Shown here: positions 17,802 through 27,380 of the stretch, piece after piece
Position numbering within the stretch: position 1 is the first letter of the stretch
How the letters are laid out: every line of letters begins with the position of its first letter
IMG/VR virus record: IMGVR_UViG_3300017991_000009
Coordinates: 31,167 to 95,166 of that record
Strand: one strand, 5' to 3'
From: a virus
Length of the DNA: 64,000 nucleotides
Translations under genes and position numbers: made by a program
Notes under the pieces: generated by a model
Told to the model about the DNA's origin: nothing
What the model saw: only the letters and a program-made list of their open reading frames with translations
The model's database searches: none

Positions 17802-18380
17802 ATGAAAGAGAGCAAGAGGACGGCCACCAACCAGCGCCCGCTCCTGAAGCGGCAGGAGGAGATCACCTCCTGGCTTGTGGGTAGGCTAGAGGCGATCAGG
17901 CAGGCGCGCAAGACGCGCTCTGTTGACCTGGGGATTGCCCAGGCTCGGGTGGCCGCGCACGCGGCGCAGGCTGACGGGTTGGCGGAGAAGAAGGGGCAGT
18001 GTCAGGACAAGATCGCTTCCCTGGTGGAACAGATCACCACCTGCAATCTTCAGATCGCCGCCCTCAAGAAGGAGATCGCCAGCGTGGAGGAGCAGCAGGA
18101 TCGGGTGAGTGGTCATATGGCGAAGGCAGAGCAGAACGTCAGGCGTGTGCGACTGCATCACGTCGGCGTTATGCGGAAGCTGCAGGATGGGAAAGTTCGC
18201 CGTAAGCGTCGCGAACTCGCGAAGGTGGTCCGCCGGTTGGAGGCGAAGGAGCGCCGCCGGCGGGAGTCGGAGGAGTTGCCGAGGTTGGCGCCCCATGAGT
18301 TTCCTTTCATGACGCCGAAGATGAAGGCCGAGCAGATGAAGAAAGCCGAAGAGGAGAAGAAGGAGGCTACCAATGGCTGA
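17802..18380 (+). CDS. coiled-coil hypothetical protein
   Basis: AGGAGG RBS; heptad-like charged sequence. Confidence 0.6.
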   Translation: MKESKRTATNQRPLLKRQEEITSWLVGRLEAIRQARKTRSVDLGIAQARVAAHAAQADGLAEKKGQCQDKIASLVEQITTCNLQIAALKKEIASVEEQQDRVSGHMAKAEQNVRRVRLHHVGVMRKLQDGKVRRKRRELAKVVRRLEAKERRRRESEELPRLAPHEFPFMTPKMKAEQMKKAEEEKKEATNG

Positions 18381-18630
18381 CGAAGTGAACGAGGTGAAGA
18401 ACCTATCCGGTCTCAAGATCTTCGAGCTAGAGGAGATCAGAATCAATGAGTACCACCCGCAGGACGATGGCAAAGGGCTGCCTACTGAAGTGCACATGGC
18501 CCTGCGGTTGATGGGTGCCCCTCCCAACATGTTGATGGTGATGCGGCTGAAGTCGCGCCGCGCGGTGGATGACCTGGTGACGGCTTTGTGTCGGCATCGG
18601 GACAACGTGTGGCCGGAGAGGGGATCCTGA
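18373..18630 (+). CDS. hypothetical protein
   Basis: AGGAGG RBS; PTEVH...RLKS...DDLV.AL.RHR..VWP. Confidence 0.6.
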   Translation: MADEVNEVKNLSGLKIFELEEIRINEYHPQDDGKGLPTEVHMALRLMGAPPNMLMVMRLKSRRAVDDLVTALCRHRDNVWPERGS

Positions 18631-19070
18631 TGTCGTATGTGAAGACCTTCACGCCTCGGCTTGCCTCCGTGCTGGGGCACATCTCGGAGGGGTGGATGAG
18701 TATCTACGACCTGTCGGAGAAGACAGGAGCCCATCCCTCCTACATCAAGCGGTGCCTTCCCCTCCTGGATGAACTCGGCCTTGTGACCCGCGACACCGCG
18801 GCTGTCGCCGACACTGTGTCGGTGCGGTTAACTGCGAATGGTGAGCGGGCTATCAGATCCTTGTGGGGGGCTTTGCGATACCCGGCTGACGGTTCGCCTC
18901 CTCGCAACCCACGCAAGAAGAAGCAACTCAAGAACGCAGTCAAACGCCCCTGCGGAAGATGCGGCGGCCAACCCGCCAAGGTGGACGGTGGTTGGTGCAA
19001 GGCATGTGCTGGCCAGGGCTACATCGTAGTGAACGAAGGAAAGGTGAAAGATGGAACTCGCAGAGGCTAG
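18630..19070 (+). CDS. winged-HTH regulator with a C-terminal zinc finger
   Basis: MSIYDLSEKTG...LDELGLV...LTANG; CGRCGG...CKACAGQG. Confidence 0.6.
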   Translation: MSYVKTFTPRLASVLGHISEGWMSIYDLSEKTGAHPSYIKRCLPLLDELGLVTRDTAAVADTVSVRLTANGERAIRSLWGALRYPADGSPPRNPRKKKQLKNAVKRPCGRCGGQPAKVDGGWCKACAGQGYIVVNEGKVKDGTRRG

Positions 19071-19512
19071 AGCGGTATTTAAGGAGAAGTTGGCTGGGGA
19101 TGAGGGTACGTACCTCGCCTACCTTAGCCAGGTCGCTTGTGTCTTGATGGATGAACTCGACGTCACCAACAAGGCGGAGCGCAACGGGGTGGCGGAGCAG
19201 GTCCTCAAGGCGTTGTTCTGGGAGCCCGGTGAACAGTCGCCCGGTGTACCGGAGGTCATGCTCGACAAGCCTACCAAGGAGCCTGACATGGTGAATCACC
19301 CGCCCCACTACCAGTCGGGGTCGATGGAGGTGATCGAAGTCATCGAGGCGTTCAACCTCAACTTCCACCTGGGCAACGTGGTGAAGTACACCTTGCGCGC
19401 GGGGAAGAAGGCCGATCCCCAGGTCGATCTGGAGAAGGCGAAGTGGTACCTGGATCGGATGCTCAAGAGGATGGGTGGAGTAGCGGAGGAGGTAGTTGAT
19501 GGATCCGAGTAG
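19051..19512 (+). CDS. DUF3310-domain protein
   Basis: VNHPPHY...EVIEVIE...GNVVKY..RAGKK...DLEKAKWYL. Confidence 0.85.
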   Translation: MELAEARAVFKEKLAGDEGTYLAYLSQVACVLMDELDVTNKAERNGVAEQVLKALFWEPGEQSPGVPEVMLDKPTKEPDMVNHPPHYQSGSMEVIEVIEAFNLNFHLGNVVKYTLRAGKKADPQVDLEKAKWYLDRMLKRMGGVAEEVVDGSE

Positions 19513-19783
19513 CGGTAAGTTCTACCGAGAACTGAACGATGACGAGGCGGCCGAGTCACGAGGGCAGTTGGATGCCCTGCGCCATAGGTTCATCGAGAAG
19601 GGTGGCGAGGTCATCCCCGTACCCGATGACTTCATCCCCTTTGAGACAGGCGAGCGTATCCCCATCAAGGGTTACTTCTTCAAGCTCGTCGAGATCGATA
19701 CCATCAACCACACCATTAAGCTCAAGTTTGAGGGCCCCACCAAATCGACCCAGCGCAAGGCGAAGAAGAAAGGGAGGAAGTGA
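19499..19783 (+). CDS. hypothetical protein
   Basis: GGAGG RBS; coupled to the upstream gene. Confidence 0.5.
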   Translation: MDPSSGKFYRELNDDEAAESRGQLDALRHRFIEKGGEVIPVPDDFIPFETGERIPIKGYFFKLVEIDTINHTIKLKFEGPTKSTQRKAKKKGRK

Positions 19784-19874
19784 TGAAGGTAGGCTATATA
19801 GCCGGTTCACTCACAGGAAACTGGATCTCCTGAACATCAAACCAAAATGGAGTCATTTTGTAGAGCAGCCCCAG

Positions 19875-20225
19875 TTACCGGGACCTTTTGTGGAGGGCGG
19901 CCCTCTTCCGGGCAAGCATGTTGAGGCACGCATCTAACAACCAGATGGTGCGGGGGATGTCCTTCTCGTCACACCGTGTGTTGATCTCGTCTATGAGGTC
20001 GCCTTCTACCCGCGCCATTAAGGTGACTTTATGGGCTAGCATCTTCTCCGCGGACACCAATACCTCCCGCGGCCTCCTCATCCTCAAGTAGATCCGAAAG
20101 GCGCGGGTCATCCACTGGTTCCTGCTTATCCCGCTTCGTTCTACTGCGCGATCTACTTGAGCTAGGAGGTCAGTGCCTAGCCGAAATTGTATCGGGTACT
20201 TGTCAGGGGCTCGCTCTTGTGCCAT
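19875..20225 (-). CDS. tandem (double) ribbon-helix-helix regulator; only credible minus-strand gene
   Basis: IQFRLGTDLLAQVD...ISRNQWM and LMARVEGDLIDEIN...IPRTIWL repeats; AAGGAG RBS on the minus strand. Confidence 0.75.
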   Translation of the reverse strand: MAQERAPDKYPIQFRLGTDLLAQVDRAVERSGISRNQWMTRAFRIYLRMRRPREVLVSAEKMLAHKVTLMARVEGDLIDEINTRCDEKDIPRTIWLLDACLNMLARKRAALHKRSR

Positions 20226-20259
20226 GACTACTCTCCTTGGGACCCTTGGGATGTACCAT

Positions 20260-20306
20260 ACAAAACGACTGCACTTCAAGCCTTTTGCAATATGCAGTCG
20301 TTTTGT
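20260..20306. promoter_or_regulatory. 14-bp perfect inverted repeat (operator-like) in a divergent intergenic region
   Basis: ACAAAACGACTGCA-N19-TGCAGTCGTTTTGT. Confidence 0.7.
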
Positions 20307-20342
20307 GTTGTAAATCGAATCTGAAAGTGGTAGGAGATTGGT

Positions 20343-20549
20343 ATGAGAGTAACCCAGGTACACGAGCTAAAGACGGCGAGGGATGTCCTGCGGTTTTGCA
20401 GGACGTTGGTCCGTCTGAAAAACGAGTCGCCGCGGTCTTTGACTTTCACGGTCGCGGTAACAGCGGAGCAGCAGGTGAAGGTGGTCCGGCCGACGGGTCG
20501 GAAGGTGAATGGGAACTACTTGGAGGATACCCTTGAGCGCCTTGGTTGA
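20343..20549 (+). CDS. hypothetical protein
   Basis: AGGAG RBS. Confidence 0.5.
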   Translation: MRVTQVHELKTARDVLRFCRTLVRLKNESPRSLTFTVAVTAEQQVKVVRPTGRKVNGNYLEDTLERLG

Positions 20550-20571
20550 TCACAAGTTTGGGTACACCACC

Positions 20572-21147
20572 ATGCGCTGTATGGCAGGTGGGCGGTTAGA
20601 CCAGCTATGCGCGGAACTGAAGCAGGAGTTCCCCAAGCTGCGGATGCAGGAGAAACGAAGGCACTGGTACTGGAGGGTATTGCGTTACCTGATTCTCGTG
20701 CTTACCTTCGGTGGGAACCGCAGGTTTCTGGGCGGGTTCACAACAACGATCAGGCAGACGATCGCTTGGAGTGATGAGAAGTGGGAGAAGATAGATAGGA
20801 GGCTTGACAGTAACTGGGAGGACCGAGTGTGGTCTACCCTCATGCACGAAAGGGAACACCTCCGGCAGTTCAAGAGGTACACCACGATCGGGATGTCGTT
20901 GCTGTACTTGCTGGTCTTCTTCCCAGTGGGGCTATCATGGTTTAGGGCACGCTTCGAAAGAGAAGGCTATCTCCAGACACTGAGGTGTTGGTACGCCCTA
21001 GATCCGAGTTGGGCTCGGCACCCCAAAGCAAAGAGATGGTGGGTCGACCAGTTCACTGGTCCGAACTACGCCTGGTGCTGGATCTTCAGAGGTCAAGTGG
21101 AGGGGTGGTACGATCGCGAATTGTTTATGCTAGAGGCAGCAGCTTGA
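20572..21147 (+). CDS. membrane HExxH zincin-like protein (start uncertain)
   Basis: HEREH followed by FEREGY; hydrophobic segments. Confidence 0.65.
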   Translation: MRCMAGGRLDQLCAELKQEFPKLRMQEKRRHWYWRVLRYLILVLTFGGNRRFLGGFTTTIRQTIAWSDEKWEKIDRRLDSNWEDRVWSTLMHEREHLRQFKRYTTIGMSLLYLLVFFPVGLSWFRARFEREGYLQTLRCWYALDPSWARHPKAKRWWVDQFTGPNYAWCWIFRGQVEGWYDRELFMLEAAA

Positions 21148-21575
21148 CCGATGAAGAGGACCTGTCGATTGAGCAAGTTGATCAAATCCTCCTCTCGTGG
21201 GGGATTGATCCTGTCGGCTTCAGGGAGTTCGCGAGAGAAGTGGTGGGACAAGAAGTGGCGCAACCTCTGCACGACAAGCCCTACACCCAACGAATCATCG
21301 CCCTGCGTGAGCGGGTTGACGTCCTCATCGGATGGCTCAAGAAGGCCGGGGCCAAACCGGAGGACCTCGCCTCTGTTTTGGAGGGAGTGATTAGTGGCCT
21401 CTACCAAGAAACCCACCAGTTTAGGGAAGGGCATAGCGCGAAAAGGAACCAGCAGGAAGGCGCCAAAGAGGTGCGTGAAGCAAAGCCCCGGCGCTTCTAC
21501 AGAGTTTGCCGAGCCGACCTCCAAGTCAAAGAAGCCCAAACGGCTCCTCCGTCCAAAAGGTTCAAGGGGCGGTAA
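21144..21575 (+). CDS. hypothetical protein
   Basis: TTG start overlapping the upstream TGA; 3' end overlaps terL. Confidence 0.4.
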   Translation: MTDEEDLSIEQVDQILLSWGIDPVGFREFAREVVGQEVAQPLHDKPYTQRIIALRERVDVLIGWLKKAGAKPEDLASVLEGVISGLYQETHQFREGHSAKRNQQEGAKEVREAKPRRFYRVCRADLQVKEAQTAPPSKRFKGR

Positions 21576-22995
21576 GTACGGCACGGGGACTCACCCCAAG
21601 GGCGTAAGCCGCCACACCCAGATCGCCAGGTACGAAGCTAGCCGCGAAGCCACCAACGATATGCTTCGTAAGTTGGTGATCGAACACGATCGGATGGATA
21701 TCTTCTGCGAGTTTATTATGGGTGGGGATCCGCCCATGTGGTTCCACACTGAGATGATGGAGTTCCAGGACGAGCACGACGAGGCTCTCATCTTAGCCTT
21801 CGCCGGCGCACGGAAGACCCAACACTGTACTGTGGCGCGGGCTATCAAGGAGATCATCAAGAACCCAGATGTCCGCATCCTCCTCGTAGCGGACGCCGCT
21901 GATCAGGCGAAGACCTTCCTGCGTGGTGTAAAGTCCCACTTCGAGAACAACGAGAAGTTGAAGGAGGTGTTCGGCGACTTCTATACCGGTGCCGATAAGT
22001 GGACCGACTCCGAGATCATCGTGAACAAGCGCACTGCGGTTGGGCTCAGGGAACCTACCATTATGTGTGCCGGCGTGGATACCTCCTTGATCGGGCGCCA
22101 CTTCGAGATCATCGTATCGGACGACCTGGTGACGGAGGAGAACTCTGCTACCGACAACCAGCGGCAGAAGATCAAGAACTACTTCTATAAGACCCTCCTC
22201 CCGCGCCTCACACCTGATGGCCGGCTCTGGATCATTGGCACCAGGTGGCACGACGAGGACCTCTACGGCTGGTTGGCCAAGAACGACTACAAGGACTCCA
22301 CCTACGTCCTGGGTATCATCGATGAGGCGACCGATGAGTCGATCTGGGAGGATGTGTTCTCTACTGAGAGGATGCACCGCCTGCGGAAGGGTAACCTCGC
22401 AGCCTTCGAGTTACAGTGGCTATGCCGCAGTGGTGTCGCTTTGGGCGGCATCTTCAATGAGGACCACTTCCGGACATACGAAGACCTGCCCCCCAACATC
22501 TTCAAGTGGCAGGGCGTTGACCTCGCGGCCGGCCAGAAGGCCCGCAACGACTTCTTTGCTCACGTGACGATCGGAGTGGAGAAGACCCACCGAGATATCT
22601 ATCTCGTGCACTTCAGGGAGGCGAAGCTCACCTTCCCCAAGCAACTCGAGCTAGTGAATCAGCGGTTTAGGGATCACCCTGACACCGTGCGGGTGGGCAT
22701 CGAGGCGAACGCCTACCAGATCGTCATGACTCAGCAGGTGAGGGATCAGTACCCCGACATCCCGGTGGTGCCGCGGTATACCCTGAAGGATAAGGTTGCA
22801 CGTGCACAGCAAATGGCGACCCTTGCGACGGACAAGCCGATCTACGTTCGGCCGCAGCACCACAAGTTCGTTAGGCGCTTGTGTGCTTTCCCTAATGGCC
22901 CCAAGGACGTGTTTGATGCCTTCGATATCGCCGTGGGGATGGGGCTCAAAGGAGTGAAGAAACGGGGTAGGAAGCAGTCGATTGGTTTGATTTGA
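21394..22995 (+). CDS. terL: terminase large subunit
   Basis: Walker A-like AFAGARKT, Walker B IVSDDL, coupling motif GTRW, nuclease GVDLA/EAN/DVFDA; portal downstream. Confidence 0.92.
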   Translation: MASTKKPTSLGKGIARKGTSRKAPKRCVKQSPGASTEFAEPTSKSKKPKRLLRPKGSRGGKYGTGTHPKGVSRHTQIARYEASREATNDMLRKLVIEHDRMDIFCEFIMGGDPPMWFHTEMMEFQDEHDEALILAFAGARKTQHCTVARAIKEIIKNPDVRILLVADAADQAKTFLRGVKSHFENNEKLKEVFGDFYTGADKWTDSEIIVNKRTAVGLREPTIMCAGVDTSLIGRHFEIIVSDDLVTEENSATDNQRQKIKNYFYKTLLPRLTPDGRLWIIGTRWHDEDLYGWLAKNDYKDSTYVLGIIDEATDESIWEDVFSTERMHRLRKGNLAAFELQWLCRSGVALGGIFNEDHFRTYEDLPPNIFKWQGVDLAAGQKARNDFFAHVTIGVEKTHRDIYLVHFREAKLTFPKQLELVNQRFRDHPDTVRVGIEANAYQIVMTQQVRDQYPDIPVVPRYTLKDKVARAQQMATLATDKPIYVRPQHHKFVRRLCAFPNGPKDVFDAFDIAVGMGLKGVKKRGRKQSIGLI

Positions 22996-23021
22996 CTTCA
23001 GACTGCGTGTTATCCTACAGT
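22992..23021 (+). promoter_or_regulatory. putative sigma70-like promoter
   Basis: TTGACT-N18-TACAGT, followed by a TAAGGAGG RBS. Confidence 0.45.
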
Positions 23022-23059
23022 TCAATCGTTGAAATGACCCATTTTAAGGAGGAAACACA

Positions 23060-23386
23060 ATGTCAAGTTCCACAGGTGCTCGTTACAAGGCGGGCAGCAT
23101 CGTCGCCACGAACGCGGAACTCCTGGTCCAGACCGTGGGATTCGTCCCGCAGAAGATCAGAGTCCACAACGAGGACAACAACGTGATGGTCGAGTGGTTC
23201 GAGAGCCTGGCCGCCGGCAAGAACGTCAAGCACGCGGCTGACGGGACCCGTTCCGTCCTCGCCTCGGGCGGCGTCGAGCCCTACAGCTTCGACGACGGCG
23301 ACGGGAACCCCGGCATCAAGATCCCGCAGTTGGCCGACGTCAACGACACCACCACCGAGACCCTGCACTGGGAAGCCTGGGGCTAA
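23060..23386 (+). CDS. putative virion (head decoration-like) protein
   Basis: Strong RBS, strongly GC3-biased codons like the capsid gene, beta-rich; lies between terL and portal. Confidence 0.55.
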   Translation: MSSSTGARYKAGSIVATNAELLVQTVGFVPQKIRVHNEDNNVMVEWFESLAAGKNVKHAADGTRSVLASGGVEPYSFDDGDGNPGIKIPQLADVNDTTTETLHWEAWG

Positions 23387-23434
23387 TCGCCGCTTAGCGG
23401 GTGACGATCAAGCAACCCTGGCAAAGGAGGAACA

Positions 23435-23947
23435 ATGCAAGTCGGAAACATCCCCGAAAGGCACTTTGACGGGCAATCGAACGTCACCCGTGCCTCTAAG
23501 AAGGAGGCCGCAGATCTGCACCTGGCGGAACTGCTGGATCTCATGCAACTCCACCGCGTCCCTTCCAATGTCGAGGCGGCAGCTTTCACGGCCGCGGCTA
23601 ACGACACCTGGGAGGACGTTGACGTTGTGACACTCCTCAACGCGGCCCTCTCGTCCGACAGTATCCGGACAGGTGAGGCGGTTATGCTTCTCTGCACCCT
23701 GGAGGTGATCAACGGGGAAGCGGCCGTCAACAACATCAAGTATGGGCACGGCGAGATGCCGGACAACGACGATACCGTGAGGACATTCGCTATGGCGGGC
23801 GCGGTTGGTTCGGAGTTCATCCAGGGCGTCTGGCTGATGACCGACGACGACGGCCAGATCAAGTTCGAGACGGACGATACCACCAACGTGACGGTCAAGA
23901 TCCATCTCGAGGGCTTCCAGTACATCAGGAAGTCAGCCACTTCCTAG
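23435..23947 (+). CDS. putative virion structural protein
   Basis: AGGAGG RBS; acidic and beta-rich; head-region context. Confidence 0.55.
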   Translation: MQVGNIPERHFDGQSNVTRASKKEAADLHLAELLDLMQLHRVPSNVEAAAFTAAANDTWEDVDVVTLLNAALSSDSIRTGEAVMLLCTLEVINGEAAVNNIKYGHGEMPDNDDTVRTFAMAGAVGSEFIQGVWLMTDDDGQIKFETDDTTNVTVKIHLEGFQYIRKSATS

Positions 23948-24000
23948 TCGTGGGCTACATCTAGGGCGCGGTCACCCACCTCGCCCTTGAGGAGGGTGGC

Positions 24001-25671
24001 ATGACCACAAAACGCAAACGTGCTGCCCGCACGGCTAAAACCCCGGCGGACGCCGATCGTATCCAACTAGAGGCGATCGACAAGAAGGGGCAGCGGCGGT
24101 CGGTTACTCTGAAGGCCACGATAATTGACGGGCCCGAGGATGAGCCTCCGCGCCTGGACGAGGGGCCCACTAGCGCCGCTGACGAGCGAGACCCCTTCAA
24201 GAGCCAGTCGTTGGGTAAGCACCGCATCATTGATCCACCCTACAACCAGCGGAACCTCCTCACCCTGAAGGAGAAGTCCAACGTGTTAACGTCGTGCGTG
24301 AACAGCATGGTGACTAACACAGTGGGCTTTGGCTGGCGACTCAGGGAACGCATCATGCCCGATGATCTCCGGCGGAAGTTCGAGTCCGAGATCATACGGG
24401 AGAAAATGTCCCTCCTCACGTGGCTTGAATCGGTGCATCCTACCGAGTCGTTTACCGCGTTGCGTGAGCAGGCGAAGGATGACCAGCACTCCTGCGGCAA
24501 CGGTTACCTCGAGTTGATCGAGAATAAGGCAGGACGCCTGGTCGGACTGAACCACGTACACGGCCACTGCATCAGGTTGTGTGAACGGCAGAAACGCGCC
24601 GTGAAGGTAGACGTACCGCGCATCCGGCCGGATAAGAACTTCATGATCGAGGACGTCGCTATGTGGCACCGCTTCAGGAAGTTCGTCATGATGGTCGGCA
24701 CCAAGCCTCTCTTCTTTAAAGAGGCAGGCGATCCAAGGATGTTGGATCGCTACACCGGGGAGTACGGCAAGGACATCCCGTTCAACTGCCGCGCTACCTC
24801 ACTCCTCCACTTTAAGAACTACTTCGCGGCATATGCCTACGGCCTCCCTGTCTGGATCGGAGACACCCTCTCCGTAGTGGGGAGCCGCGAGGCGGAGGAA
24901 GTAAACTACGCCACTCTCCGCAACAACTCGATCCCATCGATGTTTGTCATAGTGGAGAACGGGTCACTTACCCAGGAATCGGTTGACCGCCTGCGGGAGT
25001 GGACGGAGCAGCAAATCCAGCGGTCGGCGAACCGATCGAAGTTCATCATCCTGGAGGGTGAGACTTCTGACGAGGGGATCATTAATCCCACCGACTTCAA
25101 GATCAAAGTCGAGCCCTTGAAGCAACTCCAGCAAGAGGACCAACTCTACCAGGAACTCGACAAGAACAACCGAGACAAGGTGCGGCAGGCTTTCCGTCTG
25201 CCGCCCATCTTTGTTGGTCGGGCCGACGACTACACTAGGGCCACGGCCGACACCAGCCGCGATATCGCAGACGAGCAGGTGTTTGCCCCGGAGCGGAACG
25301 GTGATGACTTCAAGACCAACCGCTTCATCCTCTTGCCCCTGGGTTCTCGGTTCCACGTGTTCCGATCGAACCATCCGAACATCACTGACGACATCGAGTT
25401 GATCCGCCTGATGGGCATCGCCGAGAAGTCTGGCGGTATGACCCCGCGGCGTGCCGACCGAATCATCCGTGATGTGTTCGGTGATGATATAGGGCCGATG
25501 CCCACCGGCATTGACCTGGACAAGCCCTTTACTATCACGTTCGCCGAGGCTCAGCAGGGCGGTACACTTGCGCAAGGCAACGCGAACGCAGACCGAGTTA
25601 TTGACGGCCTGCTCAACTTGCGTGAGAAGATAGAGGAGGAGCTTGAAGAAAGGTTGTACCACGAGGAGTAA
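24001..25671 (+). CDS. portal protein (PBSX/XkdE-like)
   Basis: IDPPY, GNGYLE, YGLP.W, AFRLPPIFVGRADDYTRATA, EQVFAPE motifs. Confidence 0.9.
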   Translation: MTTKRKRAARTAKTPADADRIQLEAIDKKGQRRSVTLKATIIDGPEDEPPRLDEGPTSAADERDPFKSQSLGKHRIIDPPYNQRNLLTLKEKSNVLTSCVNSMVTNTVGFGWRLRERIMPDDLRRKFESEIIREKMSLLTWLESVHPTESFTALREQAKDDQHSCGNGYLELIENKAGRLVGLNHVHGHCIRLCERQKRAVKVDVPRIRPDKNFMIEDVAMWHRFRKFVMMVGTKPLFFKEAGDPRMLDRYTGEYGKDIPFNCRATSLLHFKNYFAAYAYGLPVWIGDTLSVVGSREAEEVNYATLRNNSIPSMFVIVENGSLTQESVDRLREWTEQQIQRSANRSKFIILEGETSDEGIINPTDFKIKVEPLKQLQQEDQLYQELDKNNRDKVRQAFRLPPIFVGRADDYTRATADTSRDIADEQVFAPERNGDDFKTNRFILLPLGSRFHVFRSNHPNITDDIELIRLMGIAEKSGGMTPRRADRIIRDVFGDDIGPMPTGIDLDKPFTITFAEAQQGGTLAQGNANADRVIDGLLNLREKIEEELEERLYHEE

Positions 25672-25707
25672 TCCCAGTATCTCTGCCGAAGGGCAAGGAG
25701 GTTTCTA

Positions 25708-26328
25708 ATGAGTAGCAAGATCGAAGTACACAAGGTGGAACTCGTCGATGGCGAGGAACTCATGCAGATGGTGGACAAGGTGATTGCCGCGGTCACCCAG
25801 TCCAAAGGCAAACTGAAGAAGTCGCTATCCCTGCGCGGCATCTTCAAGGACCACGTCGTGGTGCGGGACGCGGAGTCCGGCAAGATGTTCCGGATGAAGA
25901 TGACCCGCGACGACAAGGGCCAGGTCGCCCTGGAGGGGATGGAGGAAGTCAAGCAGGTATTTGTCCCGGTTAAGCAAAAGGCTGATGGCGCCGGTGATCA
26001 TACTTGTGTTTGTGCAAGTTGTGGTTATACGGAGCAGGCGAAAATAGGTGAGGAGTGTCGGGCAAAAACGTGCCCGAAGTGCGGCGCTAAGATGACAAAG
26101 GCGCCAGCTAAGAGTGGGGATAAAGATGAGGACAAAGACAAGAAGGGTAAAACGGAAAAGTCCGATACCCCTGCTGTCACACTTGTTGCAGTTGATGGTG
26201 ATGTCGTTGAGACCCCACTTAGCCCGCCTGAGATCCTCACCCTCCTGAAGTCGGCCTCCGACGAGCAGGGCGAGATGGTCGAGGTCAAGGTCGAGAAGTC
26301 CGACAGTATGTGGGCGGGGGTTATTTAG
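25708..26328 (+). CDS. putative internal head protein with an inserted zinc ribbon and a scaffold-like C-terminus
   Basis: CVCASCG...CPKCG; ends KSDSMWAGVI, resembling the scaffold end KQSMWSGII. Confidence 0.65.
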   Translation: MSSKIEVHKVELVDGEELMQMVDKVIAAVTQSKGKLKKSLSLRGIFKDHVVVRDAESGKMFRMKMTRDDKGQVALEGMEEVKQVFVPVKQKADGAGDHTCVCASCGYTEQAKIGEECRAKTCPKCGAKMTKAPAKSGDKDEDKDKKGKTEKSDTPAVTLVAVDGDVVETPLSPPEILTLLKSASDEQGEMVEVKVEKSDSMWAGVI

Positions 26329-26351
26329 CTTATCGGATTTCGATAAGCTAA
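26325..26351. repeat. palindromic element TTATCG-N5-CGATAA, copy 2
   Basis: TTAGCTTATCG GATTT CGATAAGCTAA, overlapping the stop codon. Confidence 0.8.
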
Positions 26352-26370
26352 CTGCCATCAATGGAAGCCC

Positions 26371-27378
26371 GTGGTAGGTCTGAATCCCACAAACCTCACC
26401 ACCGAGGAGTTGTGTGACCTGGGGAGTGCAATTGACTCCACGTTGTGTGTCGTGCTCAAGGTCGCGCCTCGGAGGGAGTCTGAGATCATCGAAGGTCGAA
26501 TTGCCTCGACCATCGGTAGAGCTTGGAAGTCCACGGCGAATGCCGCGACCAACTCCGGCATAGCCAAACTCCTCAAGGGCCCTTTCACTGACCGGCGGAT
26601 CACCTCCTTCCTGAAGTCCTTGGGTGTGAAGCTGAAGACCCCCCTCACCAAGACCCAGATCAAGGTGATAGAGAAACGGCTCCAGTCTATCTGGAGGATC
26701 GCTAAGAAGTGGGCGGCGAAGGAGGCCAAGATCTCCTTCTCCTTCTCTCACGTTGATCAGCGAGCAGTCGCCGCGATCAACAGGCACCAGGTGTTCTGGG
26801 TAGGTGACTTCTACAACGACAAGTTGTCCCGCAGGATACGGGCCGTGTCTGAGGATGTCCTCCTTCGGCGCGGCCTCTCGCATAAAGAGGCGGGGGCGGT
26901 GCTAAGGAGAACTCTTCGCAGGGAGTTCGGTATCCTCCCTGGCGGTAAGACTAGGTTCGCGCCCACCGTCCCCGCTCGCTATGCGGGAAACCCCGATCTC
27001 TACTTCCGACAGGTAGCGTCAACCGCGGCGCACCAGTCGAGGACCTTCGGCACGTTGACCGCGTTCAGCGAGGCGGGGGTAACCAGCTACCAGCTTATCA
27101 ACCCGGATGACGAGCGTACCGGGCAGATCTGTCAACAGATGAGCGGGCAGGTTTTCTCCGTACAGACGGGGGTGCGGCAGATGAATCGCATCCTTGGAGC
27201 GAAGGACCCGAAGGACGTGAAGAAGATCGCCCCGTGGTTGTCAGGTGACGACATCGAGGCGGCCCTCGCGGGTGCACGCACAGGCAGCCAGCAGGCTACG
27301 GATAGGCTTGCCGCTGCAGGTGCGATCCTTCCGCCGTTCCACGCTTTGTGCAGGACAGATATTGTGATTCCGAGCTAG
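26371..27378 (+). CDS. head morphogenesis protein (Mu gpF / SPP1 gp7-like)
   Basis: DDERTGQIC...PPFHALCRT C-terminal motif; follows the portal. Confidence 0.8.
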   Translation: MVGLNPTNLTTEELCDLGSAIDSTLCVVLKVAPRRESEIIEGRIASTIGRAWKSTANAATNSGIAKLLKGPFTDRRITSFLKSLGVKLKTPLTKTQIKVIEKRLQSIWRIAKKWAAKEAKISFSFSHVDQRAVAAINRHQVFWVGDFYNDKLSRRIRAVSEDVLLRRGLSHKEAGAVLRRTLRREFGILPGGKTRFAPTVPARYAGNPDLYFRQVASTAAHQSRTFGTLTAFSEAGVTSYQLINPDDERTGQICQQMSGQVFSVQTGVRQMNRILGAKDPKDVKKIAPWLSGDDIEAALAGARTGSQQATDRLAAAGAILPPFHALCRTDIVIPS

Positions 27379-27380
27379 TC

